From Octopus vulgaris (taxonomy: Eukaryota): DNA of 64,000 bases. Positions 12,393 through 25,347 of the stretch are shown here, piece by piece. A program made the translations under genes and the position numbers. The number at the start of each line of letters is the position of its first letter. Within the stretch, counting starts at the first letter, position 1. The stretch spans positions 76,136,001-76,200,000 of the forward strand of contig OX597817.1 of the NCBI GenBank assembly GCA_951406725.2, given 5' to 3'. The notes under the pieces were generated by a model. That model was not told where the DNA came from, ran no database searches, and was given only the letters and a program-made list of their open reading frames with translations.

Positions 12393-13610
12393 TTGGGACG
12401 ACCTTTGTTGTTAGGTTTGTGGATTTTGGGGAGGAAGTAAATAGTAGGAGTGCGAGGGGTGCAGACAATGAGGTTGGAGGTGGTGGGGCAGACGGGAGGA
12501 GATGAGGTCATGGATATTGGAGGACACAGTATGTTGGTAGCTGGCCGTGGAGTCAGAGGGCAGAGGGTAGTAGAAGGAAGTATCTTGAAGTCGGCAGAGA
12601 GCTTCTGCCTTGTAGAGGTCCACGCGCCACACCACCACGGCTCCACCCTTGTTGGCTGGTGTTATGATAATGTCAGTGCGGCGTCGGAGACATTGAAGCG
12701 CCGAGAATTCGGCTGGGAGGATGTTCAGATGACGTGGACGGCTGGAAAGGTTAAACCGGTCCTCATCGCGCTGGCAAGCGCTTGCAGATAGATCGACTGC
12801 TTGGAACTGGCTAGGATCTGGCGTCCACAGGGTTGGTCGGTGGCCTAGGTCGGTGAAGCAGTCCTCCTCATTAGATGCAGGTGGAGTGTCGCGGAAAAAC
12901 GTACACAACCTAACACGGTGCACAAAGCTATGGATATCGGCACGAGTCCGAAATTCCTTGCTGGATGAAGTGAGGGGGATGAAGCGCAGATCCCTACTGA
13001 GGAGGGAACGCTCCGCCTCAGACAAGTGAATATCTGCAGGGATGGTAACAACAGACTGAAGTGGAGAAGGGGTGGATGGGATAGAAGTAGGAGGGGTGGT
13101 GGGGATGGTGGAAGGCTGGGGGTATGTGAGTGGCGGGTGGAGGGACGGAGGTTGGGTGAGGATCGGGGAGCGTATCAGGGAGGGAGAGGGGTAGTGGAGG
13201 AGTTGGGGTAGTGGCATCGGGTGTGATGGAATGGAGGAGTTAGTGGAGTTCACGTTGTTTGGTGTGAGAGAGAAATTGATGAAAGAGCTGATTTAAATGA
13301 ATTATGTAACGTAACGTAGTATTTGCATGGGAGGGCGACTGAGAGGAGAAGAAGACGGAAAAAGCAAGAGGGAGAACACTGTCGATGGTGTATATTTTGG
13401 AGAGATTAGAGCGAATGGTGGCACGCATAAGGCGGTAGGATGTAGTACGGGGTAATGGTAGGATGGTTGTAGCAGAGTGGAGAGTGGGGTGGAAATGGAG
13501 GCGGAAACCTTTAGGAATGAGGCGGTGATGTAAGCAGCGACTGAGAAACGAAATGTGGCTACAGAAAAGAGTTTTCTTTTAATTAGTAGGGAGATGTTAA
13601 TAGAAAGCTG
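12393..13610 (-). pseudogene. N-terminal part of a Penelope-like reverse transcriptase, frameshifted and truncated
   Basis: SHISFLSRCLHHRLIPKGFRL, Pro/Ser/Thr linker, LSEAERSLLSRDLRFIP, DIIITPANKGGAVVVW and IYFLPKIHKPNNKGRP match the PLE RT motifs IKPADKGGAVVV and YxLPKIHK...RPI. Confidence 0.9.
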
Positions 13611-13845
13611 AAAGCATCAGAAAGGAAGTGTACAAAGGTGTGAGGTAATGTTGTCAATAAAACCCAATGGTATCAGGTTGTACTGAGTAAGTGCTATGGA
13701 CAGACCATAGTTAAGCTCCAGGTTCGGTGATTATGTGAATAAGGAGTCCAACGTAGGTCATATATTAGCATGTGTATATATGAATTTTTTTTCACAATGA
13801 GATAAAAATCCAAAGCTGTGAAGATTTTAGAACACTTATAAATAG

Positions 13846-13893
13846 GTCTTACAGCTGTTTCCGGGATATTTTTTATATCCCTTCATCGGAGAC
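13846..13893 (-). ncRNA. Minimal type I hammerhead ribozyme, U4C variant, in the PLE terminal repeat
   Basis: GUCU CCGAUGA aGGGAUAU aaaaa AUAUCCCg GAAA CAGCUG UA/ AGAC. Confidence 0.8.
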
Positions 13894-14944
13894 GGTAAGA
13901 GAAAATGGTTAAGCAATAGTTAATTTAGATAAGATATGAAATAGAGAGTGAAGTGGAGGAATAAAAATAGAGGTGAGATATGTAGGGATATTGCTTCTGT
14001 AGATCCATTATTTAGGCAGAATGGTATACGAATAAAATTGCAATGCCTTGTGAGTAAATTCCAATAGTATTTAAAATTGGTCATTCCAAGTATAGAGTTT
14101 GTTCACAGTGTTATTGAATCGAGAGTTTTATTTAATGTGACCTAAAAGTAAGGAATGTATTTGTAGGGTCAAATTGAAAATAGGAAGAGAGGAATAAAGA
14201 AAAGAAAAAAGGAAAAAAGAAAAAGAAAAAAGAAAAAGAAAAAAGAAAAAAAGGAAAACGAAAAAAAAAAGAAAAAGGAAAAGAATAAAAAGAGAAATGA
14301 AAAAAGAAAAAAAGAAAAGCAAGGGGAGAGAAAATAAAGAGATGAAGAAAGAGAAAGTGTTCTAGTTAGTGGTCAATCAAGATAAATTGATAGTAGGTAT
14401 GGGGAGGTGAGGGTGATAGAGAGAGAAAGATTTTACCGTGTAAAAATATGATAGGGTAAATAGTAAAGAAGTGTCAGATAGAAGGAATGGGAGATGATAG
14501 ACACAAAGAGAGAGAGGTATAATAGTGTAAAAGGTAAAAGAATGTCAGGTGTGTAGTGATAGAACCTAAGTGATGAGGCAGAGAGAGGGGTGTAGTGGTA
14601 GTAATATGGTGGAATGAAGAATTTAGGAATATAGGTATGGTTGGTTGGACAGGTCAGTGCTTAGTAGTAGAAGAAAATATATTATGTGAAGATGTATAAA
14701 GATGCATATATTAAACATGTATATATATATTTATACAGATATTTATAAATATCAACATCTACACATAAAACTCGTACTCGTACACATAAAACTCGTACAT
14801 ATATATATGTACATGTGTACACCCTTATATACGTGTATCTGTATGTATTACAACCCTGCACACGCAGGTATATATACCTTGTATACAGACATACATTCCC
14901 ACATACACACATACATACTCATATGCACGCATATACACACGACT

Positions 14945-15262
14945 ATAATTAAATGGTTGTGATATTCGAGTATATTCTTACTTTTACCATTTTTGTGTGA
15001 GTATGAAGAGAGTGTTGCCATTTCCAACTCCAGACCAACCAGCATAGAGCTGACCATTGCAAAATACTGCTGCATGAGGTGAAGTCCAACAATTTTCAGT
15101 GGCTGTCTTTGACTTTTGTTGATATTACAAAACTATCACTTACTGAAAATTGAAGGCTCTTGAATTCAAAGGGTGTGTCTGTTGGATTCAGTGAAATTAT
15201 TGGAATAAACACATTTTCTTCCTTTCCTTGGCCATTGAGGATTGTTTTCTCAAAAGACGTAT
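14945..15262 (-). pseudogene. Helitron RepHel PIF1-like helicase C-terminal fragment
   Basis: ILNGQGKEENVFIPIISLNPTDTPFEFKSLQFSV resembles the VFIPRIPLxPTDxPFEFKRLQFPV motif; frameshifted downstream. Confidence 0.8.
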
Positions 15263-15308
15263 ATATGTTGATTGAATTTAAGAATACACACACACACACG
15301 CGCGCGCG

Positions 15309-15372
<64 letters not shown>

Positions 15373-15377
<5 letters not shown>

Positions 15378-15600
15378 GTTGTATACTGTCAATCTAACAC
15401 GAACGTGACAGTAGGGTGTTTAGCCCTAGGAAGCATCGACGCCTCCTGATGGCTTTGACACATTTTTCCTGTGTCCTTATATACATTTACGAAGGGGAGA
15501 CAAACACCCCCGGCCGCCCGGGCTGCATCTAGGGACACGTGTTTCAGGATGATTGTCCTTCGTCATCCTAGACTAGCAGACACCGGTCAGCTGGTGATAT
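15373..15600 (-). mobile_element. Short HHR-bearing PLE-like terminal-repeat element abutting (TA)n
   Basis: Contains an HHR and the 3' motif shared with the 6.7, 7.2, 35 and 37.4-kb elements. Confidence 0.65.
15528..15572 (-). ncRNA. Minimal type I hammerhead motif with C3A substitution
   Basis: UCUAGG AUGACGA AGGA caauca UCCU GAAA CACGUG UC/ CCUAGA: perfect stems I and II, palindromic stem III. Confidence 0.72.
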
Positions 15601-15969
15601 ATAAAAATATTCTGTCTCTCAACACCTCAAATACAAAATTCGCCAATGTAAAACACTCCACTGAAGACGGAAGTAGTGTTATCCGGTAATGGAAGGTAGT
15701 AACTATCATTATTCCGGACCACCATGCCCCCCCCCCCAGAAACAGCAGTTGGACTCGTAAAATTCTACTCATTTAACACCTTATCTCATTTATATTGCCT
15801 AAGTCAGACTATTCTATATCCATACACATGGGCATTTTGCCATTAAATATATACAAACACGTGCACACACATACGCGTGCATACATACATACATACATAC
15901 AAACATGTACATATTCATACATACATATATATGTGTATATAAATGTGTGTGTGTATATATATATATGTT

Positions 15970-16027
<58 letters not shown>

Positions 16028-16154
16028 AAGATTCTTTGAAGTGGTGTACAGATTTAATCCATTAATTACCGGAATTTGGGATAATTATTTACTAAGCTCT
16101 TTTATCTCGTTCCAGAGAGACTTGATAAATCTTTGAATCGAGATAAAAGCGCTA

Positions 16155-16359
16155 AATAACAATAGACAAAAAAAATTATAAGTTGTTTTAGTTTTTTTCA
16201 ACTGGTTTAGAACAATTTGGCACCGCTGAATCCGAAAATGACATTTGTTTCTCTCGACCAGGCCAAGTTTCTATGCTAAATTGATTTTTTTAAAATCCGA
16301 TCTTGTAAGTAAATTGATTACATTTTTCTGACATTATCAGTTGAGTTTTGTTAATATGT

Positions 16360-16431
<72 letters not shown>

Positions 16432-17335
16432 ATGCGTTTGCGTGTGTGTGTCATACTTTGGATGTTATTCATCAAATTGATTACATTTTTCTGACATTAT
16501 CGGTTGAGTTTTGTTAATATTTCTCATCCGAAATATGTTCTTAAGATAAAAAATTGTTTTCTAACACAATTTATTAATTAAATTTTACAAACTTCAATTA
16601 GTGTAAATTGAATATTAGACATTGATAAAGTTAAGTACATGTAAATTAAACATTATATCAACTTTGTTAAAAATTCAGGGCTTGAAATTAGGTTTAGTCG
16701 AACCTCTAGAATGCTGAGTGGCAGGAACGCCTCTTCAGAGTCCAACAATAATCTGCCATCACGACTGCATCCCAACGTCCCTGATACCTGGCCTCCATCT
16801 CTTTGATGTCCTTAGGGAATCTCTTCCCCTGCCCGTCGCTCATTGATCCCAGGTTCTTAGGAAGCCGATCCATATGTGAGAAATAATTAATGCATTTTGA
16901 TACTCATGTTGCATCCGACATTTCTTCTGAAAACAGTTTGCATACTTGAGACAACTTCTGCACAGTAGTTTCTCGCCTTGTTGTTGCCAAGAAAGTTCTT
17001 TACGACCAGAACAAAACCCTTCCAATCTTCCAGTTCCATTTCTTTCATTGAGCTTTCAAACTCAAGCTCTCTGATGAGCTTACGAATTTGAGGACCCTCA
17101 AATATACCAGCTTTCAACTTCTCAGTGGTCAATCCTGGAAAAGCCTGGCACAAGTAAGTGAAGCAACCACTGTTCTTGTCATGAGCTTTCGTGAACTTCT
17201 TGATCAAACCGAACTTGATGCACAGTGGGGGGGAACAGTATTCTGTCTCTGTCCACCAGATGGTTGTTTATGAAGTTCTTAGCTCTGCCTGCAATGCACA
17301 AATTTCTCCCTTCTCCTTGTAATGCTGAGCAGTGT
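16155..17335 (-). mobile_element. Second decayed DDE transposon of the same protein family as 380-2395 (3' half)
   Basis: LVDRDRILFPPLCIKFGLIKKFTKA, AFPGLTTEKLKAGIFEGPQIRKL, KNFLGNNKARNY, MSIKMH and YQGRWDAVVMADYCWTL. Confidence 0.8.
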
Positions 17336-17347
17336 CCCTACTATCCT

Positions 17348-17424
<77 letters not shown>

Positions 17425-18329
17425 TCACTTCATTGATTCACGTTCATGTTGATACTTGAATTTGAAATTGTAAAAAAAACATTTTTGTTAGGTATCTGAC
17501 AGTAAACAACTCACAGTAAGATATCTGTAATCTCTTATAAGTTCATTTACCGGTTAATTAAAGAAAGGAACATACGGTTTCATCTTTGTACTTGGACATG
17601 GCTGTGTGTTTGGTTAATAGATTCACTCTGCATCTATATTCAATCCCATTCCATTGTGTGGTTTGTTGAGCAAGTAAAGAGTAAAAGCATCATCATGCGA
17701 TGATTTGGTTTCACACAAACACCAAGTTTTGGGGAACCTTTAGCAGACTCCACTCTGTTGTAAGTACTCAATCCGTGTCTCCAATAAGCGGATATATTCT
17801 TTTATTCACATTTATTTTACCAAGACTAATTATGGACAACCTACATTCTGCGAGCCGCATGAGACTCTTTACTTAACTTCCATTATGCTACACGTAATTT
17901 CATGTGCAAAATAGCCTTTTTCCGGGTCATATCGCAAAACGGATAGGTTGAATCACATACAATAATTAAATACGATGCTTATTAAATTTTTTCTTCGTTG
18001 TGTAATTTGATTTATGACGGGCTATATACCATTCAGCTTACTGCTCCAAAAAGTTTTCGCATGCTTCATGAAGAGGAAAGGGAAGATCATCCGAGGCCAA
18101 CCACGTCATGTGGTTAATTAACAGTTTCATTTTATCTTGTTGCAAGTGGGCAAATGCTAGGAAAAACCTGTGCAGAAAGACAAATCCAGAAGGCTGACAT
18201 TTTGAGAAAAAAGGGTCGAGCACAGTAGTATGAAATTTTGGATACACATACGAAAACATACACGCACGCGCGCGCGCGTGTATGTGTCTCTGCACACTTA
18301 TACTTAATGGTTTTTGCCTTCTTATCTCT

Positions 18330-19225
18330 GAATAACAATAAATAACCAACATCTGGTCGAGCTTGCTCGGATATTTTTAATCCGTCGAGGCCATCCATCG
18401 CAGTCCTGCATTAGTTGAATGAGCTCTTCGTGGAGTCATCCAGTGTTGCTGGTGAGGTGATTTACATACGGTGTGTCCGGACGACCTACGTCGCTGCTGT
18501 AAACAAGCAGATCAGACAGTAACCTGGCGAGCAGTAAAAGATATTATTGGACGCCAAATCATCAAGTCAAAATTCTAAGCTAAAAATCCATAATCCACAA
18601 GAACGCTTTAAAAAGTGAAGGGATCATTTTCAAAATTCACTTGGGAATATACCCCCCAGTTTTTGATATTGATGTAACATCAATTATTGACCACGACCTT
18701 GACATCATAATTGGCGATTTCACCGTCGACGATTTGAAAGAAGTCCATAAAAGCACCAAAAACCGAAAGACTGCTGGAAAGGATAACATACCATTTGAAG
18801 TCTTGAAAACAGAATAACTGAATGTTATTCTGTTAGGCTTCGGCAATGCAGTCAACAATGGAAGCAACATTGGCAAATGTATAGAAGGTTGTATGCGCCA
18901 ATTTCAAAAAAACAAACGACGATTCGGGACTTAAAAATAACTTCAGTAGCATCATTCTTTCGACCCTCGTTGGCAAAATTTATAATTCAGTTCTACTTAG
19001 AAATCGAAGAAGATTTTAGAAGAAATCAAATTGGACAAATACTTACAGTTCGTCGTCTATTGGAATGAGTAAAATCCAGAAGTAGTTATAATTTTATTGT
19101 TTGTTGATTTCTCAAAGGCCTCTGACTCCATCCACAATGGTAAACTGGAGAAAATACTACTGGCTGATGGAATCTCTAAGGAAAGAACAGCAGTAATTGT
19201 GATGCTCTATAACAAAGGCGAATCA
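18330..19225. mobile_element. RTE-like LINE remnant: 3' end on minus (18330-18495) joined to an RT segment on plus (about 18500-19225)
   Basis: Plus: FTVDDLKEVHKSTKNRKTAGKDNIPFEVLK, GQILTVRRLLE, LFVDFSKASDSIH. Minus: GRP...ELIQLMQDCDGW...RASST C-terminus. Confidence 0.75.
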
Positions 19226-19293
19226 ATGAATAAATAAATTAAATTAGAATGACATCCATCGTGTGTAATTCTTTAGAGTATATCTTCCCTCAT

Positions 19294-19514
19294 ATACGGG
19301 GAGATACTGAAAAGTTCCTGGCTTTGGGTAAGAGAAAATGCGGGAAGATGAGTTAATTGTGATTTTATTTAACATATTCCCCTCTCAGATTCACACACTT
19401 ATTGCAGCAGCCCCTCAGTTTTTCTAAACCCTGTAAAAGGACACGTAAGTTTGGGTCTCCGACAAGGCAATCCGCGATACCCTTATAGCCAAGAACTTTT
19501 CAACACTCACTTGA
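19294..19514. mobile_element. Mariner-type MITE
   Basis: Imperfect TIRs (CTGAAAAGTTCCTGGCT / AGCCAAGAACTTTTCA); related copy in opposite orientation at 38910-39133. Confidence 0.75.
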
Positions 19515-20691
19515 ATATATTCAAGCAAATTTTACAAAATCTGTATTCAAATCGACATAAACCTTACAAAATTAATATCTAATATGCATTTCACAATTTT
19601 ATTTATGTAACATAACTTAAGAATACTAATTACTAATAATATATAGTAAGTGAAACTGTCGACTACGCACGTCTTTTCTATACATTTTTACCCACCAATT
19701 CAGAAAAATTTAATTTATTATCTCCCTGGGGGAAAGTGTCGTTGCTGTTGTTGTTTATGCTATTATGACATGGATTTGACGCGCAGAAGTTTCTAATTGT
19801 GGTGTGATGACAGCAGTGACGAAAAAGACGTCAAAAATTTAATGTGAATGCAATATTTATAAATCATGAACAGAATATAACATGTTAACAAGTGAATTCT
19901 AAATAAAATCATTGATGCTGTTACAAGAAAGCAGCTGAAAAATATTTACAGTTATATACATTATTGTTCACCTTATAAAAATACGTCAAGTTGCTGAATA
20001 TATCTCGCAATGGAAACAAAAATCGGAAGTGTGTTATGATGGAAGGCATCCAAATACGACAAAGAAAGTAATTATAAATTTAAAATTAAACTGGTGATCC
20101 CCTGCATTGTGTAGGGAATTTGGAAGAAATTTTCGGTGTGTTATTAGCATGAAGTTAGCATTGAAGCAGTTGGCGTTTAAGTTCTATGTAGAATTACAAT
20201 GAAGAAGATATTTTTAGTTGTAAGTATTCATAAATACACGTCTCCAAACTGAAAATACATATGAATTTGTTCATACTATGAAAGTCAATAAAAATGACGT
20301 AGATACTTACAAAAATGTATTAAATATAACACAATTCAGTGAATAGCAAAATAAATACTAAACAGATTCTCCGCCTTCTTCTAAAACTTGTAGAATCATT
20401 CCTTATTTTAAAATTAATTCCTTTTTGTAAGCTTTAAGAAAGTTATACCTACTCCATATCATTAATGTGGAGGCATTTAAATTTTGATAAACTACTACAT
20501 GGTCGACTTTATTTTTGTGTTAAGGTCTTAGTCAACGAGAGGGGGGGTCACCATGACTGATAGGGTAAATGGAAGATTCATTATCAGACTGGACATCTGA
20601 TCTGAATGCTTGCATCCAAGTGAACGTCGTTAAAGGTATCTAAGGGCCATTGGGAGAGATTAAGGATTAAGTTTGTCGCTTGAGAACTATG

Positions 20692-20725
<34 letters not shown>

Positions 20726-21201
20726 TGTACGTATATATGCTGGCGCATACATATAGAAAATAAATATCAATGAAGAAACATATAAACGGTGATATTAGTT
20801 TCATGTTACAAAGGAGGGATTGCTGTTTTGGAAGTTAATCCTTTCTCAGAAAATAAGAATGAAAGAGAGAGAAAGCAATATAGTCAATGTACAAAAAAGC
20901 GGGGAAGTGAAGGGTTAGAAACCAAATGAGAGTGGTGTTCTTTGAAGAGAGCTAAGACATGAGGAAGTAATGGGTATATAGATTCATGCGTTTGACGATA
21001 TCTATGTCTAGAATCGCGCATAAAGGACAGTAGTAGTGGTGGCTAAAGTGGTTGTGGTGTTATTGGTGTTTGTGTGTGTAGTTTTCAATTGGAATGTGTG
21101 AAAGCGTTATATAAAGTGGTGAAAGCGTGTCTGAGTGTAGGGAATTAACGGTATTGATGAAGCATATGATATAGCAATAGTAATGTAGAAAGTGCTATAC
21201 A

Positions 21202-21242
<41 letters not shown>

Positions 21243-21689
21243 GTACTACAAAAAATGAGGGGCGGGGAAAACTTTTTCATGAATGCGGCTGTGGAACAAA
21301 GAAGTAGCGTTTAAACAGAACTTCTAAGATGAGAGAAAGATCTGTGAATTCCGTGATAAGAAGGAATATGAAGAAATTGCTATAGAATCCATAAAGTTGT
21401 TAAAGAGCCCGGAGAAATTGGTAATGTTTCCAGAAGAAAGAAAGAGTATTATATATATATATATATATATATAAATAAACTACATGAAAATTTTATAATG
21501 TAAGGAGGTGAAATAACTTAGATCAGAAAAGTGAAATACCAGACCTCTTTAGGAGCATGGCGGAAGGAGAATAGGAAAATGATAAAGAAAGGTGAGAGAG
21601 GAGTAAATATAGCCTGTTATAGAAGAAAATATTCGCACACATATATGTTTATAAACGCATATATGTAATTTGTATACATATACACACAC

Positions 21690-21742
<53 letters not shown>

Positions 21743-23231
21743 ATTACAAGCTCAGATGTACACACACGTATAAGCATAATCTCAAACATACACACAGCTA
21801 CTAGCAAACATATATTACCACATACATACGTAGACATAAATGCATATATAAAAATTTAAAAATTATGTTTAAGGTCATTGCAATAATAGGAATATGAAAA
21901 AAAGAGTATGGGAAAAAAACTTTTATAAAGAATATATACAATACGTTTCTATGAAATATTTAAAAGTGTGGATGGCATGACGGCGACAATATCGGAAATG
22001 ATCTTAACGTTTCAATGGTATTGTATCTAATAATTCACATTGCTGTGTAGCAAAAATAATATGCACATTTATAAGTGTCATTATTGATTAATTTTCCCAG
22101 TGTTCATGTAATATTTTCAATTTAGAGAAGGTCATAATCGTACGTCATATATAAACCATGTGAATTAGTGCTTTGACAGGAAGTGGTTTAACTTAAAGAG
22201 AATGTGAGTGAGAAGAGAATGGGAAGAGAGAATCGATATGATAATTATGTATTTTTGAAACACTCGACCTAATAGAAAATAATTACTTTTCTTCAAATTA
22301 CCATCTAATATCTTGAAAGATTAAAAACACAGTAGAAAATATATAGTGTTAGATGCAGAAAAGTGAATATAAAATTGCCATGATCGGATTGATCAGTTTT
22401 GAACTGATAGACAACGCCAATATCACTAACGAAATAAGTGATTAATTATTAAGGTTGAAGACTAATACTCTTTATAATAGTAATTCGTTGTTTGCTTTTT
22501 AAATATGGTTAAAAAGATTTTCAATTTGTAATGCTTGCTTTTTTTTAAATAGCGTTCATATAACATTGATGCTATTCACAATGAATAAGAACCGAACGTT
22601 TAAACGCAGCTTATATTCCTTAATAAATTGCTTTTACTTTGGTGGTTTTGTGTTGCTCGGGAGTCGAATCCAACCAGTTATATGTATAGAATATATTATA
22701 ATTACGTAGGTATATTCCTGGTGGTTAATTTTATTTCATACCATTTTAAAGTACATTAATTATACTAACAGTTTTGGCACTGTCATAACTGTAAATTTCG
22801 GAAAGAGAGGTATTGAACATTTTGCTCCCTAGCTGTTGTTAAGTAAATATTACACTCAGGTTCATATATTACAATGCTACTGATTTATAACCCCGACTGA
22901 TATCTTGAGTAAAAAATATTATCTGTATACATTTCAACAACACAAGACAATACATATCCTTATGTTATCGCAACGACATGTACAGAGAATCAAACATAAA
23001 GATCACGATTGTTGCTGAATAGTCATTGTATACGATCATATTATTTTACTCTTTTAAATACAAAAATACAATTGGCACATCATAAATGCAAAATGCTGAA
23101 GAGAGCTAGTTGATCTCATGCCTGTTCCACCCTTAGTCACCCGACTTGCTTCCCTCTTTCACTCGGGCCACCCATATTTCATTCTCTTCTCAAAGATCGT
23201 TCTAAACTCCATGTTCATTCTTTCATTTTCC

Positions 23232-23393
23232 CAGGCATGGCTGAGTAGTCAAGAAGTTCGCAATGCAACCACATAATTTCAACACCATTCCCAATAAACA
23301 ATACCTGAGGCAAGAGTTCTCTACTACAGCCACAGGCGACCAATGCCTTGTGAGTGAAGTTGAAGTTGGTGGACGGAAATTATGCGGAAACCC
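23232..23393 (+). mobile_element. SINE family A-related old 5' half
   Basis: GGCATGGCTGAGTAGTCAAGAAGTT...CGACCAATGCCTTGTGAGTG...GACGGAAA matches the family A head and body. Confidence 0.65.
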
Positions 23394-23467
<74 letters not shown>

Positions 23468-24877
23468 ATGTATATATATATGTGTATATATATATGTATA
23501 TATATATATGTGTGTGTGTCTTAATCTCGATGATAGATTGTTTACATCTCGATAACTTGCCGGTTTGGCAAGAAGAGATCGATAGAATAATACTAGACAT
23601 AAAACAGACTTAATTACTTGAGTCGATTTTCTTGCCTAATAGCCATCAAACAGGTGCTCCAACAAGGCCGCAGTCAACGACTGAAACAAGTAAGAGATAA
23701 GCATAAACTTAGGGAATTCTCTTATAGTCCGTATTTTCTGCACTAGGGCCGCATCCAGTGGCTTTACAGTCTTCAAATTGTAATTCATTGCTGTATTATT
23801 TGTTAAATTTATGTTGGTAGCAATAATTCCGCAATAGCGGATTTTTGACAATCTGTATATTGTAGAAGGCCATGAAACATTTTAGCTAATGGTACTTTTT
23901 ATCTTATATATTTGGGCCATCTTTTTGATTGAGAACAATAATAGCAATTAACATCCATTTCGACTGACCAATTATTCTCTCCACAATACTTTTATATTGC
24001 CATCAAATATCTGCCGTAAAAAAGTAAGATTTTAGTGAAAATAACTGTCATAAGATCTTCTTGTTTCTTGGTTTCTTGTTCAATACATTTTCCAGAAATC
24101 TGTCATTTCCTACGCTTTCTACTTGTTTAATATGTTTTCTGTAATTCTGTTTTAGGTTTTCCATTTATCCAGTTTGTTTGTTAAACATAGAGAATTTGTT
24201 CTCTATATAGAATAGCAGCGGCATTCAACTTGTTTTCCCGATGAGAAAGTATTTTACAGCATTTGTGATGTTTACGTTGAAGCTATGATAAGCCGATTTA
24301 TATTCCTTAACGAAAAGTCTATCCATAATTTTGCATTTATAGTATGTCGTCTTGTAGGGTAGTCTTTTAATGTAGTCGTAAGTTCTGGTTACATGTTATG
24401 TAGTTAGTAATTATTTAAACATTTGAAATGTTCTTTCTTCAAACTACTTTTCCAATATACATTTTAAAATTTATTTCTGAAGTTTTCTGGACGCATTATT
24501 TATAATGCCTTCCATAATCGTTAGAATTTGTGGAATGCTTGTTCCTATCAAAAAATATCTTGTTCTTTGTTCGTCAACTTACAGATCAACCATTGCCTCG
24601 TAAGTTTTGCTTGTCAAGATTATGTTGTTCCAACTCATTGTAATAAGTTAGCAACGAGTCATTTCTGTGAATGTACGTATGCATATATGCTCATGTATCT
24701 GAATGTATGCATGCGTGCTTGAGAGTTATACTTGCACACGTACACATATACACACACACACACACACTCACACGCACATACATACATACATACACACATA
24801 CATACATACATACATAGCCTAATAAGTAATCTCTATATCTATGCTAGGCCGTCTGTCAGTCAGTGTACATATATGTT

Positions 24878-24951
<74 letters not shown>

Positions 24952-24962
24952 TACATATGTGC

Positions 24963-24998
<36 letters not shown>

Positions 24999-25000
<2 letters not shown>

Positions 25001-25163
25001 CCGTAGGAGTGGCTGTGTGGTAAGTAGCTTACTTACCAAACACATGGTTCCGGGTTCAGTCCCACTGCGTGGCACCTTGGGTGAGTGTCTTCTACTTTAG
25101 CATCGGGCTGACCAAAGCCTTGTTAGTGGATTTGGTAGACGCAAACTGAAAGAAGCCCGTCGT

Positions 25164-25195
<32 letters not shown>

Positions 25196-25347
25196 ATGTG
25201 TGTGTATATGTTTGCGTGTCTGTGTCTGTCCCCCAACATCGCTTGACAACCGATGCTGTTGTGTTTACGTCCCCGTAACTTAGCGGTTCTGCAAAAGGTG
25301 GTGCTCCATCATGGCCACAGTCAAATGACTGAATCAAAGTAAAAGAG
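24999..25347 (+). mobile_element. SINE family A with internal deletion near the 3' end
   Basis: Alignment by eye to 26490-26955. Confidence 0.9.

Larger units (their letters stand above)
12393..14680 (-). mobile_element. Penelope-like retroelement fragment (terminal repeat with HHR plus first part of the ORF)
   Basis: PLE-type ORF downstream of an HHR; the upstream boundary is approximate. Confidence 0.85.

Noticed and set aside
13608-13705. Possible 98-nt intron (ATG/GTCTGT...TTTCAG) at the start of the PLE ORF
   Set aside because: PLEs can retain introns, but the donor is weak and the acceptor region can equally be read as decayed coding sequence; this needs transcripts.
15656-15695. CTGAAGA-CGGA...TCCG-GTAA hammerhead-like string
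   Set aside because: The GAAA box is altered and stem III and the cleavage triplet are missing.
17068-17095. CTGATGAG motif
   Set aside because: It is the antisense of transposase codons (IRKLIRE), with no stems or GAAA.
20818-20853. Minus-strand CUGAGAA-AGGA..UUCC-AAAA-CAGC
   Set aside because: Both core boxes are mutated; counted only as a possible remnant and not annotated as a ribozyme.
23640-24600. Possible decayed non-LTR retrotransposon coding sequence on minus
   Set aside because: The composition is coding-like, but I could not read a diagnostic motif.
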